Origin: Zygnema circumcarinatum SAG 698-1b | Lineage: Eukaryota > Plantae > Zygnematophyceae | DNA: 64,000 bases | Assembly (NCBI GenBank): GCA_037447605.1 | Contig: CM074804.1 | Coordinates: 4,937,909 to 5,001,908 of the forward strand | Reading direction: 5' to 3' | In this document: positions 49,757-62,324 of the stretch, piece by piece | Numbering within the stretch: the stretch's first letter is position 1 | Layout: the number at the start of each line of letters is the position of its first letter | Notes under the pieces: generated by a model | Database searches by the model: none | The model's input: the letters and a program-made list of their open reading frames with translations, nothing else | What the model was told of the DNA's origin: nothing | Position numbers and translations under genes: made by a program

Positions 49757-52700
49757 ATGGCCATGGCGGAGCGGACTGCTGCCCGGACCTTTCTGTGTGA
49801 AGGGGGCGTTATTAACACTGCCAGGCCTTACAAGGGATGTATGCAAGTGATATCAATTGAATCCATCGCTAAGGGAGGCTCTCTCAGACTTGCATTGTCA
49901 AGCTCGCCGCTGCCGACATCAGGCAAAGTCTGCAGAGCAGCCGGGCTTCAACCTTGTACGCCATTTTTGTCAGGATATACTCGAATTTCCGGAGAGAGAC
50001 GGAAAAGTACACAATTTTTCAAGGCTTGTATCGGGGCTAGGGAGAAGCAAGTAGCAGTAGTGCAAAGCGTGCTGGTAGACAGGCAATCGGCAGAGCCATT
50101 GCAGCCCTCTGATGAATTAGCGGGTCAGGCGAGCAGAACAGAGTCTTTCGTGGCAGCTGTGGAAGCGGGCGAGAAGCGCGTAGAAGAGCTTGAAAACCGC
50201 ATAAAGAAAAAGGAACAACAAATTGCAGCATTGCAGGTGCTTTCCGAGGACATAAACTTAACTTCTTTTGGTATCACTGGGTAGCGGTCCATAAGGACAA
50301 TGTTGGTTCATTTTTTGAAAGATGCGGTCATTGTAGCGGTGGTTCACCTCTACTTGCAGAGTGAATGTGGCAAAATCACCTTCGCAAGCACCATTGCATT
50401 CATAGCTCAGCTGGACATCAATTCAAACCTACAGCAACGATGTGGCACCACGTTGTGCAGGAGGGCATTGACGAATTGTACCATGCCACTTTTGCTGGTG
50501 TCGACGTTCCCTCAGATGCACGTCCAGTTTCTGATGGCGAACATTCAACGCAATTTGATACTATGAATGAACAGCTGTGGGCGGAGCTCGGGAGAGCAGA
50601 CTCAAAAAAACTAAAAAAGCTGATTGGTGAGAGGGAACATTCTGTTACCGACGGGCCTGCTGGTGTTCTTTTGAAACACTCAATAGCTCTTAATTTGAAG
50701 AGACTATCGATTGATGACAAATGCTTCCACACGCAATATCATCGTTCTAGTCCTTATGCCTCCTTTCCACTTCGCCTGCAATCTGCCCTTAAGATGAATT
50801 TGAGTCTCTATTACCTGATTGAGTTTACGCATTTACTTTAAGCTGAGTTTCTCCCGCACGCTGCATTTTTCGTTGCAGATGCTGTCGCTCCAAAGCAATG
50901 GCAAGGCTTCCAGCATAGCATCCACGATCTCACGCTTTCTCGCAGCCGCCTTCGTCAGGTGAATTTTTGATTGATGGGGTTAAAAGTGATAAGCAGGGAA
51001 CATCTTGAGTCTATCAGAGTGTTTGACCCACCCCCTCTATTCCAGCATCCATTTTTTTGTTTACCATAAAAAAGCTGTTAGTTGGAACAGCCTGTTTGAA
51101 TACCCATGACTAATGGCGTAGGGCTATCAACTTTCAAGAGATGCAACCAGATTTAGACATTGAAAGCGCTGATCATCCCCATGCACACTCCTCAATTCTA
51201 GTTTGCAACGAATGCCCCTAAGGGATGACTCGGGTTTTGCAAATTCTGTGTTCACAGGAACTGAGCTCTTTTAACGAGCAACTGGAAGAGGCGAAGACCG
51301 TTCTAAATGTGGTACATTGAAAAGAAATATCCCCGTAGTATAGCTGTAAATCGCATGGAGGCTCATACACCCTCTATTTTTTGAATACGAGATAGTTAGA
51401 AAATTCCAACCTATTTGGTCAAATACTCGCTTTTAGTTGCTATTACATTCAGTGAAATAATCCTTTGCTGTGATAAGTGTTTCACCTTTTGCTCTCTCGT
51501 TGCTTTTCACAGCCCTTTGAAAGTCCCGAGAGTGCAGCGATAGAGGGAGAAGACAGGGGAGAGCTGAGCTCTCTGAAGAGTGGAGGATCAGTGGCGCGCA
51601 TTGTCCTCATCTCCGGCTTCGAGTCATTCAATGTGGCGCTCTACAAGAGAGCTGCAGCTCAGGTCAAGGAAACATGTGCAGGTGCTCGCTTCCCTCTTCT
51701 CACTTCCCGGAATGTACAGAACGACGAGTGCACCAAGAGCATTTGCTTCCTTTTCGACTTGAATTTGTCCTCAAATTTTCTATGCTTCGCGGGCTGCAGA
51801 TGTGCGTGTTTCGGTCTTTAGCGATCGCGATATCTCGTCCAGGAGAAAGGAGGTGAGTCTTGGTTGGAGTGCTTATGAGAAAACGAGGCCCTACAAGAGT
51901 TTCTCTTTCTCCACTCTCATCCCTTTGTCCGCTTGTTTGTGAGAGGCGCATCTCACTGAGAAGCCCTCTGGAATGTGCAGCTGGAGGCCGAGCTGGCGCA
52001 GGCCGATGTGCTCTTCTGCAGCCTCCTCTTTGACTACGATCAGGTGAGGGGCCGCCGGGAGACTCTGGACTGACAGGGGAGTCGCAGGAAGGCAGAAATA
52101 GTAGATGTGAACAAGATATGGATGACTTTTTTTAAGTCCCAGGTTCGGCCACATTGGAAATGCCATGGTTCCTGGTTGGGACCGCTAAGCTCACAGGTAG
52201 GCGTGTAACAGATTTTGTGCAATTTTCATTACGATAACTAATTCCCAATTCCAGGATGTCGAAGAGGCTTACCTTGATGGCGGGGGTTTATGGCAGTGCG
52301 AGTGGCTGAAGGCGAGGGTTCAGCAGATTCCCGTCCGCCTTGTGTTCGAGTCCAGCCTTGAGCTCATGGCCGCCACCAGCCTCGGCAGGTAGACTGACTG
52401 CCTCCGGGCTCAACGTGAACTGTTGGTTTTCATTCATCTTGAGGCTGACGTGGAATGCGTAAATTCATCATATCTGAATATGAGTTTTGATGTCCTACAG
52501 CTTCACGATGGCTGGCGGTAAGAGCAAAGGCATGCCTGCCCCAGTGAAGGCAGTCCTCTCCAAATTTGGAGGCGGGCGGGAGGAGGACAAGATGGTGAGT
52601 ACTTGTCTTGGAGTCTGATCGCGCTACAATCTATGCAGCCCGCTCAAGGGGTGTCGTAGGACAGGCATATCTGTATGCAGCACGTGCTCAGTCACCGTCT

Positions 52701-55700
52701 GTTATGAGGGTACAGGTAGGATACCTCAGTTTCCTTAAGATTGGACCCAAGCTTCTTCGATTCGTCCCTGGCCAGAAAGCGAAGGACCTCCGCAACTGGC
52801 TAACCATTTACGGCTACTGGAACCAGGTTGGTGTCTGCAAAGGCTCCCTGTGCAGAATTTCTGTGCTTGCCGCTACTACAACCTTCCGAAGAAAATCCGA
52901 TGGAAAGCCTTGCCTTGAACACGTTGGGAGTGTGGGCATGTTGCAGGGAGGTATGGAGAACGTGGTGAGCATGTTCCTTTACTTGGCGGAGCAGTACCTT
53001 CAGAAGAAGGGTCTTCCCCAAGGGCCTCTCAAAGAGATTCCATCACTGGGTCTCTACCATCCTGACTATGGTAAGCTGTCGAGAGTCCCCCCTCCTTTCC
53101 AGCCGATCAGGCCCACCAGCTGCTCCTTTCCCGTACCTCTCCCTCCTTCACCTTGAAGCAATCATTTTGGAGCTTGGAACGGGCCCGCAGATGGCTACTT
53201 CGCCTCTCCCAAGGCCTACCTGCGGTGGTCGGTGGCGACGCGGCCGCTCCCTGCAGAGGCCCCGGTGGTGGGCGTACTGCTCTACCGCAAGCACGTGGTG
53301 ACGCGGCAGAGGTACGTCCCGCGGCTGCTGCGAATGATGGAGGAGGGCGGCCTGCGCCCTGTGCCCGTATTCATAAGCGGGGTGGAGGCACACACGGTGG
53401 TGCGGGACCTGCTTACTTCGCGCTTCGAGCAGGTGAGAGTGGGCCCAGGGCTGCCGCATTCTGAGCTGCGTAGTAGTATGCTTCGAAGGCTGCAGTCTGC
53501 AGTGGGCTCTACTATCGCTGGAGAGGCAGGAAGCGAGGAGAAAGAGAGGGGAAAGAGAGGAGAAAGAGAGACAGGAACGCAGTCGTTGAAGGGTCGAGAG
53601 GGGAGCTGCATTGCAGGCGGAGCGGAAGCGAGGGAACTTGGCGATTTCCTCTCTGTCTAAAGACTCGGTGATGGTTGATGCTGTAGTCAGCACTGTCGGT
53701 GAGTGGTGCTTCCCTTGCAGGTGCTCAGTGGCTGCATGAGAACTGGCGAACTTGAGGCGGTTGTATATCGTGGGACTTGAAGAAATCTGAGCTTAAAACG
53801 GACGCTGATTGCTGTCTGTGACGCTTTCGTTAGAATTCGCTCAAGTAAGGAAATAAATTTGAGGCTCAGAGGCTGCAGCCACAAGTTTTCAACGGATTGC
53901 AGGCCGGGGGGCATTCACAGTTATTGCCGAGGAATCATTGCAGGTTTTCCTCTGGTCGGAGGTCCGGCCGGGACAATGGAGGGCGGCCGACAAGCTGAGG
54001 TATGCTCTAACTCAGAAAACATGCAGTCTCAAGTCGACTATGTCCTACTGTCTTGCATGCATTACCTTCCACCTTACTGTAAAACCCTGGCAGCGGCGCT
54101 ACCCTTTGCTGACGGAGGGAGGGAGGGAGGGAGGGAGGGAGGGCCGCCCGCAGGTCGCCCAAGCCATCCTCCGCGCCAAGAACGTTCCGTACGTGGTGGC
54201 GGCCCCCCTGCTCGTGCAGGACATCGCCAGCTGGCAGAGGGAGGGCGTGCAGGGCCTGCAGAGCGTCATCCTCTACGCGCTGCCCGAACTCGACGGGGCC
54301 ATTGACGCGGTGCCACTTGGCGGCCTCGTAGGGGACGGCATCCACCTGGTGCGCTGCCCACCTCTTCGGCACAGCGAAAACGTTGACAAGAGATGCAGAA
54401 AGTTATTTGGGCTTATGTCTGCTCGCGGATTTGCAGACAATAGTAGTTTGTGGGAGGCGGCAGGAGTTGAGGTGGGCATGGCTGGGAAGATCGGGTGGGT
54501 GAGAGGCGAGCATGGCTGTGGATGCATGCATGGCAGGTCCCGGAGAGGGTACGTCGATTGACTTCGAGGCTGCACAGTTGGGTCAGGTTGCGGAGAACGC
54601 CCCCTGCACAGCGCAAGGTAGGAGGAGGGTGAAGCCATCACCCTTTGTAGATGTCAGGATGCCGAAAGAAGGCAGGTTTACCGTATTGACTCTATCCATG
54701 CTTCTATGCTTTTTTGGCAGGCTTAAAGCATTTTTTTCGAATGGTCTATCCGCCGATACCTCTGCCGGAAACGTTGAGCGGGGGCTGTGCTTGGAATGGC
54801 ATGGTCTTGCAGGTAGCAATTGTGCTGTACGGCTTCCCCCCCGGCGTGGGGGCCACCGGGACTGCAGCGTTGCTGAACGTGCCTCGCTCGCTGGAGAAAC
54901 TTCTGCTGCGCCTCAAAGCCGAGGGGTGCTAACGATGCTCCTGCCCATTAAAAGACTTTAGAAAAAGCTCAAATTCGATGCAGGAGATTCCGATACAGAT
55001 GAATTACATATGCTCCCTCCTCTCACGTTGACGCCGCATGTTTGGAGGGCAGGTATGACTTGGGCGATCTCCAGGACAACATTGACGGCGAGGACGTTGT
55101 GCGGCTACTTAGCGCGCTTGAAGCGGACGCTGTTCTCAGCAAGGGCGAGGGGGGTCCGCCTCAAGCGGTAGCCGCTATGGAGGAGCAGCTCAGGGCGGAG
55201 GGGCGGGCCCTTCCGCCCGTCCAAGCCATGGCGGAGTCTATTCACTGGAGGACGTTGCGGGACTGGCTTGGGTATTTTCCTCAACCCATGAAGCCTTTCG
55301 CCTGTGGAGATAGTCAAATCCATCTGTAATAGAGCAGGTCGGAGGCCTCTTTGATTCGATTGGTTCTGCTTGTAAGGACGTAGCGCGCAGGTAAGGCGGT
55401 CTTAAGCGAAAAAAGGAGTCCCAATGGGGCAGAGCTGTGCTGTGCTCACAGCAGCGTTGGATTCACACCTCCACTGAAGTGCGGGTGTGAGGAGGCTCCC
55501 ACTGATGGGCATGAATTTCAAAGAGACATAGAAAGGCTGTCCTGCCTCCTGCTCTTCAGTGCAGCTCCTATTCATGAAATCGATGCAATATATGCTGCGG
55601 GCGGAGGCAGGCTCCTGTGAGCAAATGCGCCCCCTGTGAGTTGCATGCCAAGGTTGAGGAGTGCTCCTAGTAGGCCAGTCCGTGGCACTTTGTTGTGGGC

Positions 55701-58700
55701 GTAGTAGGGCGAGCTGGCAGCCTGGCGGGGCGGGGCGGGGGCGTGCAGGGCGAGTCTGACCGCGAAGATGGAGCGGGCGTGGGGCGAGCTGTGCGCGTAC
55801 CGCGGCCTGCACTGCGACGCGGAGGGGGGCAGCGTGGTCAGCGGCCTGCGGCTGGGCAACGTGTGGTGGGCACTGGCAACAGATGCAAGGACTTGGCCTC
55901 TGAAGGTCTAAGAGCTTCCGCAATAAGTCTGTCAGTTTGTTTGCTGTCGGGTTCAAACATGCAAGTGACTTCAATGAATGACAGCATCGTCAGAAAGCGT
56001 TCCGTGTCCAAACATTTGCCATGCGCAGGTGATGAGCGTAGCTGATTAGCAGCCTTAGCAGCACCTTTTAAGGCCCAACAAAAGAATCTCTCTGCTCCTG
56101 CGTTTCCCGAAGTCCTGCTCTGCGCGTTGGGCACTTGGCCGGGACGGTCGTAGAAGATAGAGAGTGGACGAAGGGCCTCTAGGAGAGAGGGACAGGAAAG
56201 CCTGACCCGGGTAGTGAGGACGGAGAGTGGGCTTGCAGGATTGGAGTGCAGCCGCTGCTGGGTCTGGAAGGCGACCCCATGCGCCTCCTCTTTGAGCGGG
56301 ACCTCACTCCTCACCCGCAGGTCTGCTGCCTGTGCCCTACATTTCCGTTCCACCTGCGTACCTGTTTTGTCGTCTCTCGGCCGCTAATGTAGGGTGGAGA
56401 GAGCGCATGGTTGGCAGTACGCGGCGTTCTACAAGTGGCTGCAGAATGGTATGCGGGCGGATGCAGTGATCCACTTCGGCATGCATGGCACCGTGGAGTG
56501 GCTGCCCGGCTCGCCACTGGGGAACACGGGTACGCCTCGGAACCTTTTCCGTTTCACTCTCCATACCCAAAGGAATGTATGTGCTCGTGGCTTCACAAGA
56601 AACTTGCACATATGGAAGGATGAGGGAATGAATGGACAGACAGGATTTGTTGTGTCGGCATGGAAAGCCGCTCTCTGCTCTCACCCAGCTCGCATCAGGT
56701 CGCTCCTCAGAAGGGCGCGGCGACCGTGTTGAAACGCAGTTGCCTGTTGCCTGTTGCGGCGATTGTGATGCTACCAGCCTCGTGTATCACTTAGCGGCCA
56801 TCGTTTATTGTTGGGACCTGCCTTCCCCTGACAAGAGTGTGGTAGCCGGATCGGATCTTGGAGTATATGGCCCAGTCAAAGGACTGATGAAGCAACGTCT
56901 TTGGGCTTTTTCCATCCATTCAAAGCATGTTTTTAAAAAAATCAAGCTAGTAGTAAAATCAGAAACAGGAGCGGAGGCCTTACCACAAAGATAACGCCCA
57001 TTCAGCCACTGAGAGTGGCCTGCATTGTGGGACGCAGGGCTCTCATGGTCTGACGTGCTTATGGGAAATCTCCCTAACTTGTGAGTGGCGCTCAACCCTC
57101 CCATCACCGCCTCCTCCTCGGAGTGATAGCTGCAGGTCCTTCCATCTCCGTTGTCATTGTTTGGCGCGTTGAAACCGCTGCACATCTCCTGCTGTAGGTA
57201 TGTCTATGCTGCCAACAACCCCTCAGAGTCGATTGTCGCCAAACGAAGGGGATATGGTACCATCGTCTCGTATAACGTCCCTCCCTATGGCCGGGCAGGC
57301 CTCTACAAGGAGCTCGCATCGCTCCGAGAGCTGGTGAGGCTCTTGCAATGTCTCTGAATCGACCTTGAGAAAAATGCACACTGTTCGTAGCACTGCCTAT
57401 GGATGCGGATATTCCGGGGGGGTGGAAACCTAAAGGGAAAGAAGGACGAAGAAACTCAAGAAGAATCAAGAAATTGAATCTCAGTTAGGACGGGAGAGAG
57501 AGGGAGGGACCCCTGCATTTGCGGGCTTCCCGAGTCTTGAGAGAACATGTCTGAAAATGCGGTCAATTACGGTCCTAGGGGCCGTTGAAAGTGCTGCTTC
57601 TGTGCATTCTGGCAGTGGGCTCTCATCTCTGCTGGCCCGCTTTGCACAGATAAGCGAGTACAGAGAAGACACGACGAGGAACGATGGTCTGCGAGAAGCC
57701 ATAGTGGGAGTGCTCACTACCAGCGGTCTGTATGTCGACTGCCCACTCCGTGAGAGCAAAAAGGGATGTGAGGCGGTGTACTTGACGGAAGAGAATGTGA
57801 GGACTGTGGAGGCAGCAGAGTTTGACGCATACACAGGCCGATTATACGAATACCTGGTGAAGTTACTCTCGTCGAATTTCTCTACCATCTATTGCTGTTA
57901 AGGAACTTTCAAAAGTCAGTTTTGGGCATTCCGGTCACTCTTTTTATGCTATCCATATAAACCAAGTGTCTTTAGTGAGACCATCACCTTGTTCCTCGCC
58001 TTCAAAGCCTTGTTCATCTCCAACCCGCATTATATTGCACTAACTGGTAGCCTACTCCCTGCGACAGGCGGTGGTAGAGAACCGCCTCTTTTCGGAGGGC
58101 CTGCACACGCTTGGAGCAGCTCCTTCTCCGTTACAGGTGCTCGCACTACTCACACTCTCCTCTCTAGTTCAGACTCTGAAGGCTGCGATCCGGCTATGTT
58201 CTAGCGGAATTTCTGGTATTGTGTGGGAGATGGCGTGAGGAGAAGGTGGGAGGTGTGCGCTGAGGTGGGAGTGGGGTGTGCTGGAAGGAGATCAGATGGA
58301 GCAGTATCTGTCCGCGTACTTTGGGGAGGACTTGCCGCCCACAGCAGTGAAGGCTGTTGCCCACTCGCCAGGGGGCCTTGCGGAGGTGCAATACCTTCCT
58401 TCTCTCCCCATCCCCTACCGCCTTCTGCTACTCCACAGCATGAGCAGCATGGGCACACTTCTTGCCATCTGCATCAACCCCACATTCAAAGAGTAGGTCA
58501 GTCATGTCATGTTTCTGTAGCTTATTTAACTCATTTACCTGCATGCGTTAGTTCCCCTGCATAAGGGAGTGCCTATCTTGTAGAAGACCCACAGTATAAC
58601 TGGATCACCTACATCTAGATTTCTAGATGAAGCGTAAAAACCTTTCTTACATGCCAAGTGTTTTTGTTACTTGTCCGGGGGCTTGCATGACCGTTCTGAG

Positions 58701-61700
58701 TTTCGTACCTTGCCTAACAACAGGTGTGTGGGTGGGATCCCTGTAGGCGAGGAGGCGGTTGGAAGAGCTGTATCAGCAGGAAGGAAAGGCTCCCTTCCTG
58801 GACGAGGCCTTGGGCTCCCGCCTACACGAGGCGGTTACCATTCGCGAACTGCTCAAGCAGAACACGGAGGAGATGGACACCCTCCTTCGCGCTCTCAATG
58901 GTAAGGGGCTCTCTGGAGGAGGCAGAAGGGCTCAGGGAATGCGTGAGTGGAAGGAATCCGCTGGATAGATATTGATTTCAGTTGGAAAGTTGGAGTAGGT
59001 CCTACGACTACAGCTATCCATTGCCGGGCATTGGGACACAGGGGACTATGTTCAACCGGCGGTGGGAGGAGACCTTCTACGGGATGGCCCAGGTGACTCT
59101 TTTCCCAAATGATTTAGTGCTCGTTCTTCACTCGCTGTTCCTCAATTGGACCTATCGCATTGCTTCCAATCTCCTAACAATCTTTCATTGGGGAGCTGCA
59201 CATGAGTGATTCTGGAACAATGTTGGTGCCAATTTTGTGGAGTTTGAAGCGAGGTCACATGGCCATTTGAACCTGCCCTCTCACTTTACACGTCGTATAC
59301 TTGAATGTGGGAGTGCTACATGGATCCTTTGATTTCGCGTTGCAGGAGTGCTCCCAACGGGGCGAAACATCCACGCATTGGACCCATACCGCATGCCATC
59401 CGCAGGTGAGGAAAAACTCTGTCGGAACTTACACTACCGAAGCAGCGAAAGTGTTATCACGCTTTGCCAAGTTCTCCCCCTTCCCTCCCCCCCCCTTGTG
59501 GACGTCTTCATCCCACACGTGCAAGACAACTAAAGGCAAAGCGAGCCCTCCCACTGCCTGAACCCTCATCTCAGGGTGTGGGAGCAGCTGCATGGGAGCG
59601 AGGCCGCCAGCTGGCAGAAGGCATCGTGAGGCGCCACGTGGAGCAGAACGGGGCGTATCCCGAGACGGTGGCCGTAATGCTTTGGGGGTTGGACGCCATC
59701 AAGGTCAGCCCACCGCCTGAGGGCGACTTTCGTTCTTTCGTAGAGGCTGCGGAGGCGGGCCGGGCTGAGGGTGGGAGGGGGTCTGTGACTCGCAGACACG
59801 TGGCGAGTCTGTGGCCATAGCGTTGGCACTCATAGGCGCTTATCCTCTCAAAGAGGTCAGCTCTCTCTTGTCACATTGCTTTACCTCGAAATTGGCACGA
59901 ATTTCAGTGCGTTTCTTTTTGTCTGCAGCATGTCGCTGCCTGAATGAAGGATGGCAGAACGAGTGGAAGTTTGGCATTGACCTGTGGCAGGGTAGAGGGG
60001 ACCTGTGGGGGGGGCTTCTCCCTTTGCGTGCAGGGGACAGGCAGAGTGGTGCGGTTTGAGCTGAGGCCGCTGGAGGAGTTGGGAGGGCGGCCTCGCATTG
60101 ACATACTCGCAAACATGTCGGGAATATTCCGAGACAGGTTGGGAATACGAGCCATAGACCGGGGGAGCAGAGATTCAACCAAACAGCGATCCATAGGAAC
60201 TCGTATCGTTGATTTTATACTCTTTGCTGTTCTGCTCAAATGGGGCTCCCTCTCCTTGCCACAGTCTTTACCGTAGGACCGGTCTTCGGCCCTAGAACAC
60301 CCCTCAACCACCTCTCTCGCCTTCCCTCCCTGTCCTGCGCAGCTTTGCGAATGTAGTTGAGCTCCTTGACGATGTGCTGAGACGAGCTGCATTGGCAGAC
60401 GAGCTTCCCAGCATGAACTACATCCGGAAGCATTCCATGGAACTGGAAGTGAGTGAACTTTGCGCCCTGTTGCTAACCCACTGTGCTCCATCTCCAGGGA
60501 CGTAGCTCACGCTGAGCCCTGCCCTCCTGGGACGCTGCTAACCATGGCTTCTCTGTCTCTCCTTCTCTCTGTAGGCAGAAGGTGTGGAAGTTCCAACGGC
60601 CCGAATCTTCTCTAATCCTGCAGGAGACTATGGCTCGATGGTGAATGAGCGAGTAGGAGCTGCCGACTGGTGAGTGATCTCTTACTTTCTCGGGCTCTGA
60701 TGAGGGAGAGGGAAGGGCGAAGCATAGGGAACTGAGAATATCATTGGCTGTGCGGTCTGAACAGGGAGAACAGCGCCGAATTGGGTGACACGTGGCAGTC
60801 CAGAAACGCCTTCAGCTACGGGCGAGGCGAGCGGGGCGTCGCCCGTCCTGAGGTGGGCGAGCCTCCGAACCGACAAACCATCACTTTTGTTCATTGGGGG
60901 GTCCCCTCCCCCCTCCCCCCTCCACACCCCCCCAAATAAATAAATTAAAAAAAAAAAAAAGAAAAAAAAAAAAAATGGGGGGCCCTATCAGGTCCTGAAG
61001 AGGCTGCTGCAGAGCACGGACCACATTGTGCAAGAAATCGACAGCGTGGAGTACGGCCTCACCGACATTCAGGTACGCGGAACCGTCTTTCCCTATAGAC
61101 AGGCCTCTCCAACTTTCTGAGCTTTCCATTCCGCCTTTGTCAAGAAAGCTGAGGCTTGAGGGAAGGCCTGCTGCAGGAGTATTACGCCAACACTGGAGCC
61201 CTAAAAAACGCAGCGCAGAACGTCAGAGGAGGGAAAAAGGTGCAGCGAAGCTTCTACTTCAGGACACAGCGGCTCTGATAATTCATTTGTTCCCATCGTG
61301 GCACTCAGGATGGCGGGTTCCTTTATGCCCTTTCATTTCTCCTTCTGTGATGAGTTTCGGATGCTTGCATTCATGCGAGTGGAAGAGGAGGTGCAGGTGG
61401 CATGCAGTGTGGTGGAGGCGTACGGAAAGGATCTGCAGCCGAGGGACCTGGAGGCAACTCTCCGGCTGGAATATCGCTCAAAAGTGAGCTTCATGCCCAT
61501 CACACGCGGGTCATCACGCAAAGGAAGTGATAAATCGAGGAAAGCTTTGTGCAATTCTCACCTCCTCCTGCTCCCGTCCTTGAACACTCGAATTTTGTCT
61601 GCCAAACTCGAAAATGCCTTCTCATCGTCATCCACCAAACCACTGTGACGACCTTTCCGTGTTTTCTGTTCTGTTTACAGCTCCTGAACCCCAAGTGGGC

Positions 61701-62324
61701 TGAGAAGATGGCAGCCTCCGGATCCGGTGGCGCCTTCGAGATCTCTCAGGTGGGCCGCCCCTGTCCACGTGGCGCAGCTCATGCAAGGGATGCGCCGCCA
61801 CTCTCAAGGGCAACACCGCCCTTTTGCTGCGGAAATGTGCGACAGGTAGCGCGTGGTAGAGATGGGCTCATTTGGGGGGAGAGGGAGAGTGGATGCAGCG
61901 CATGACAGCGCTCCTCGGATGGGGCGGCACGTGCGACTTCAAGGAGGACTGGGTGTATCAGCAGGCTGCAGACACGTATGCTTTTGATGAGGCCATGGCG
62001 GCTCAGCTTCGCAAAAGTAACCCACAGGTGACGGGCCTGGGCCTACTCTCTCCAATCAATGGGAATCTCGTTAAGCTGCCTTTCGTCCTGCAGGACATGG
62101 CAATACCTTTTTTTAGGTGCATGGCTGCCTTCAAATGCGTACGTGAATACGACGACATGCTCACAGGAGAATGTTCCTATTGTTGGCAGGCCTTCCAGAA
62201 CATTCTGAAGCGAATGCTGGAAGCAGCAGGTCGCGGGTTCTGGAATGCGGACGAGGAGACCATGCGCAGACTCCGCGACCTTTACGCGGAAATGGATAAC
62301 GAGCTCGAGGGGGTGAGGGTGTGA
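49757..62324 (+). CDS. CHLH2: Magnesium chelatase subunit H, second (CHLH2 / cyanobacterial BchH-like) type, ~40 exons, with N-terminal extension
   Basis: Exons give RIVLISGFESFNVALY..FSDRDI..SLLFDYDQ..RLVFESSLELM..REEDKMVGYLSFLKIGPKLL..DLRNWLTIYGYWNQGG; GFPLVGGPAG; YALPELDGAID; GVQPLLGLEGDPMRLLFERDLTPHPQY; HFGMHGTVEWLPG; YAANNPSES..KRRG; LPTGRNIHALDPY; SGIFRD; EIDSVEYGLTDIQEYYANTG; LLNPKWA; ends EMDNELEGVRV*. No internal stops seen in the exons I checked. Confidence 0.9.
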
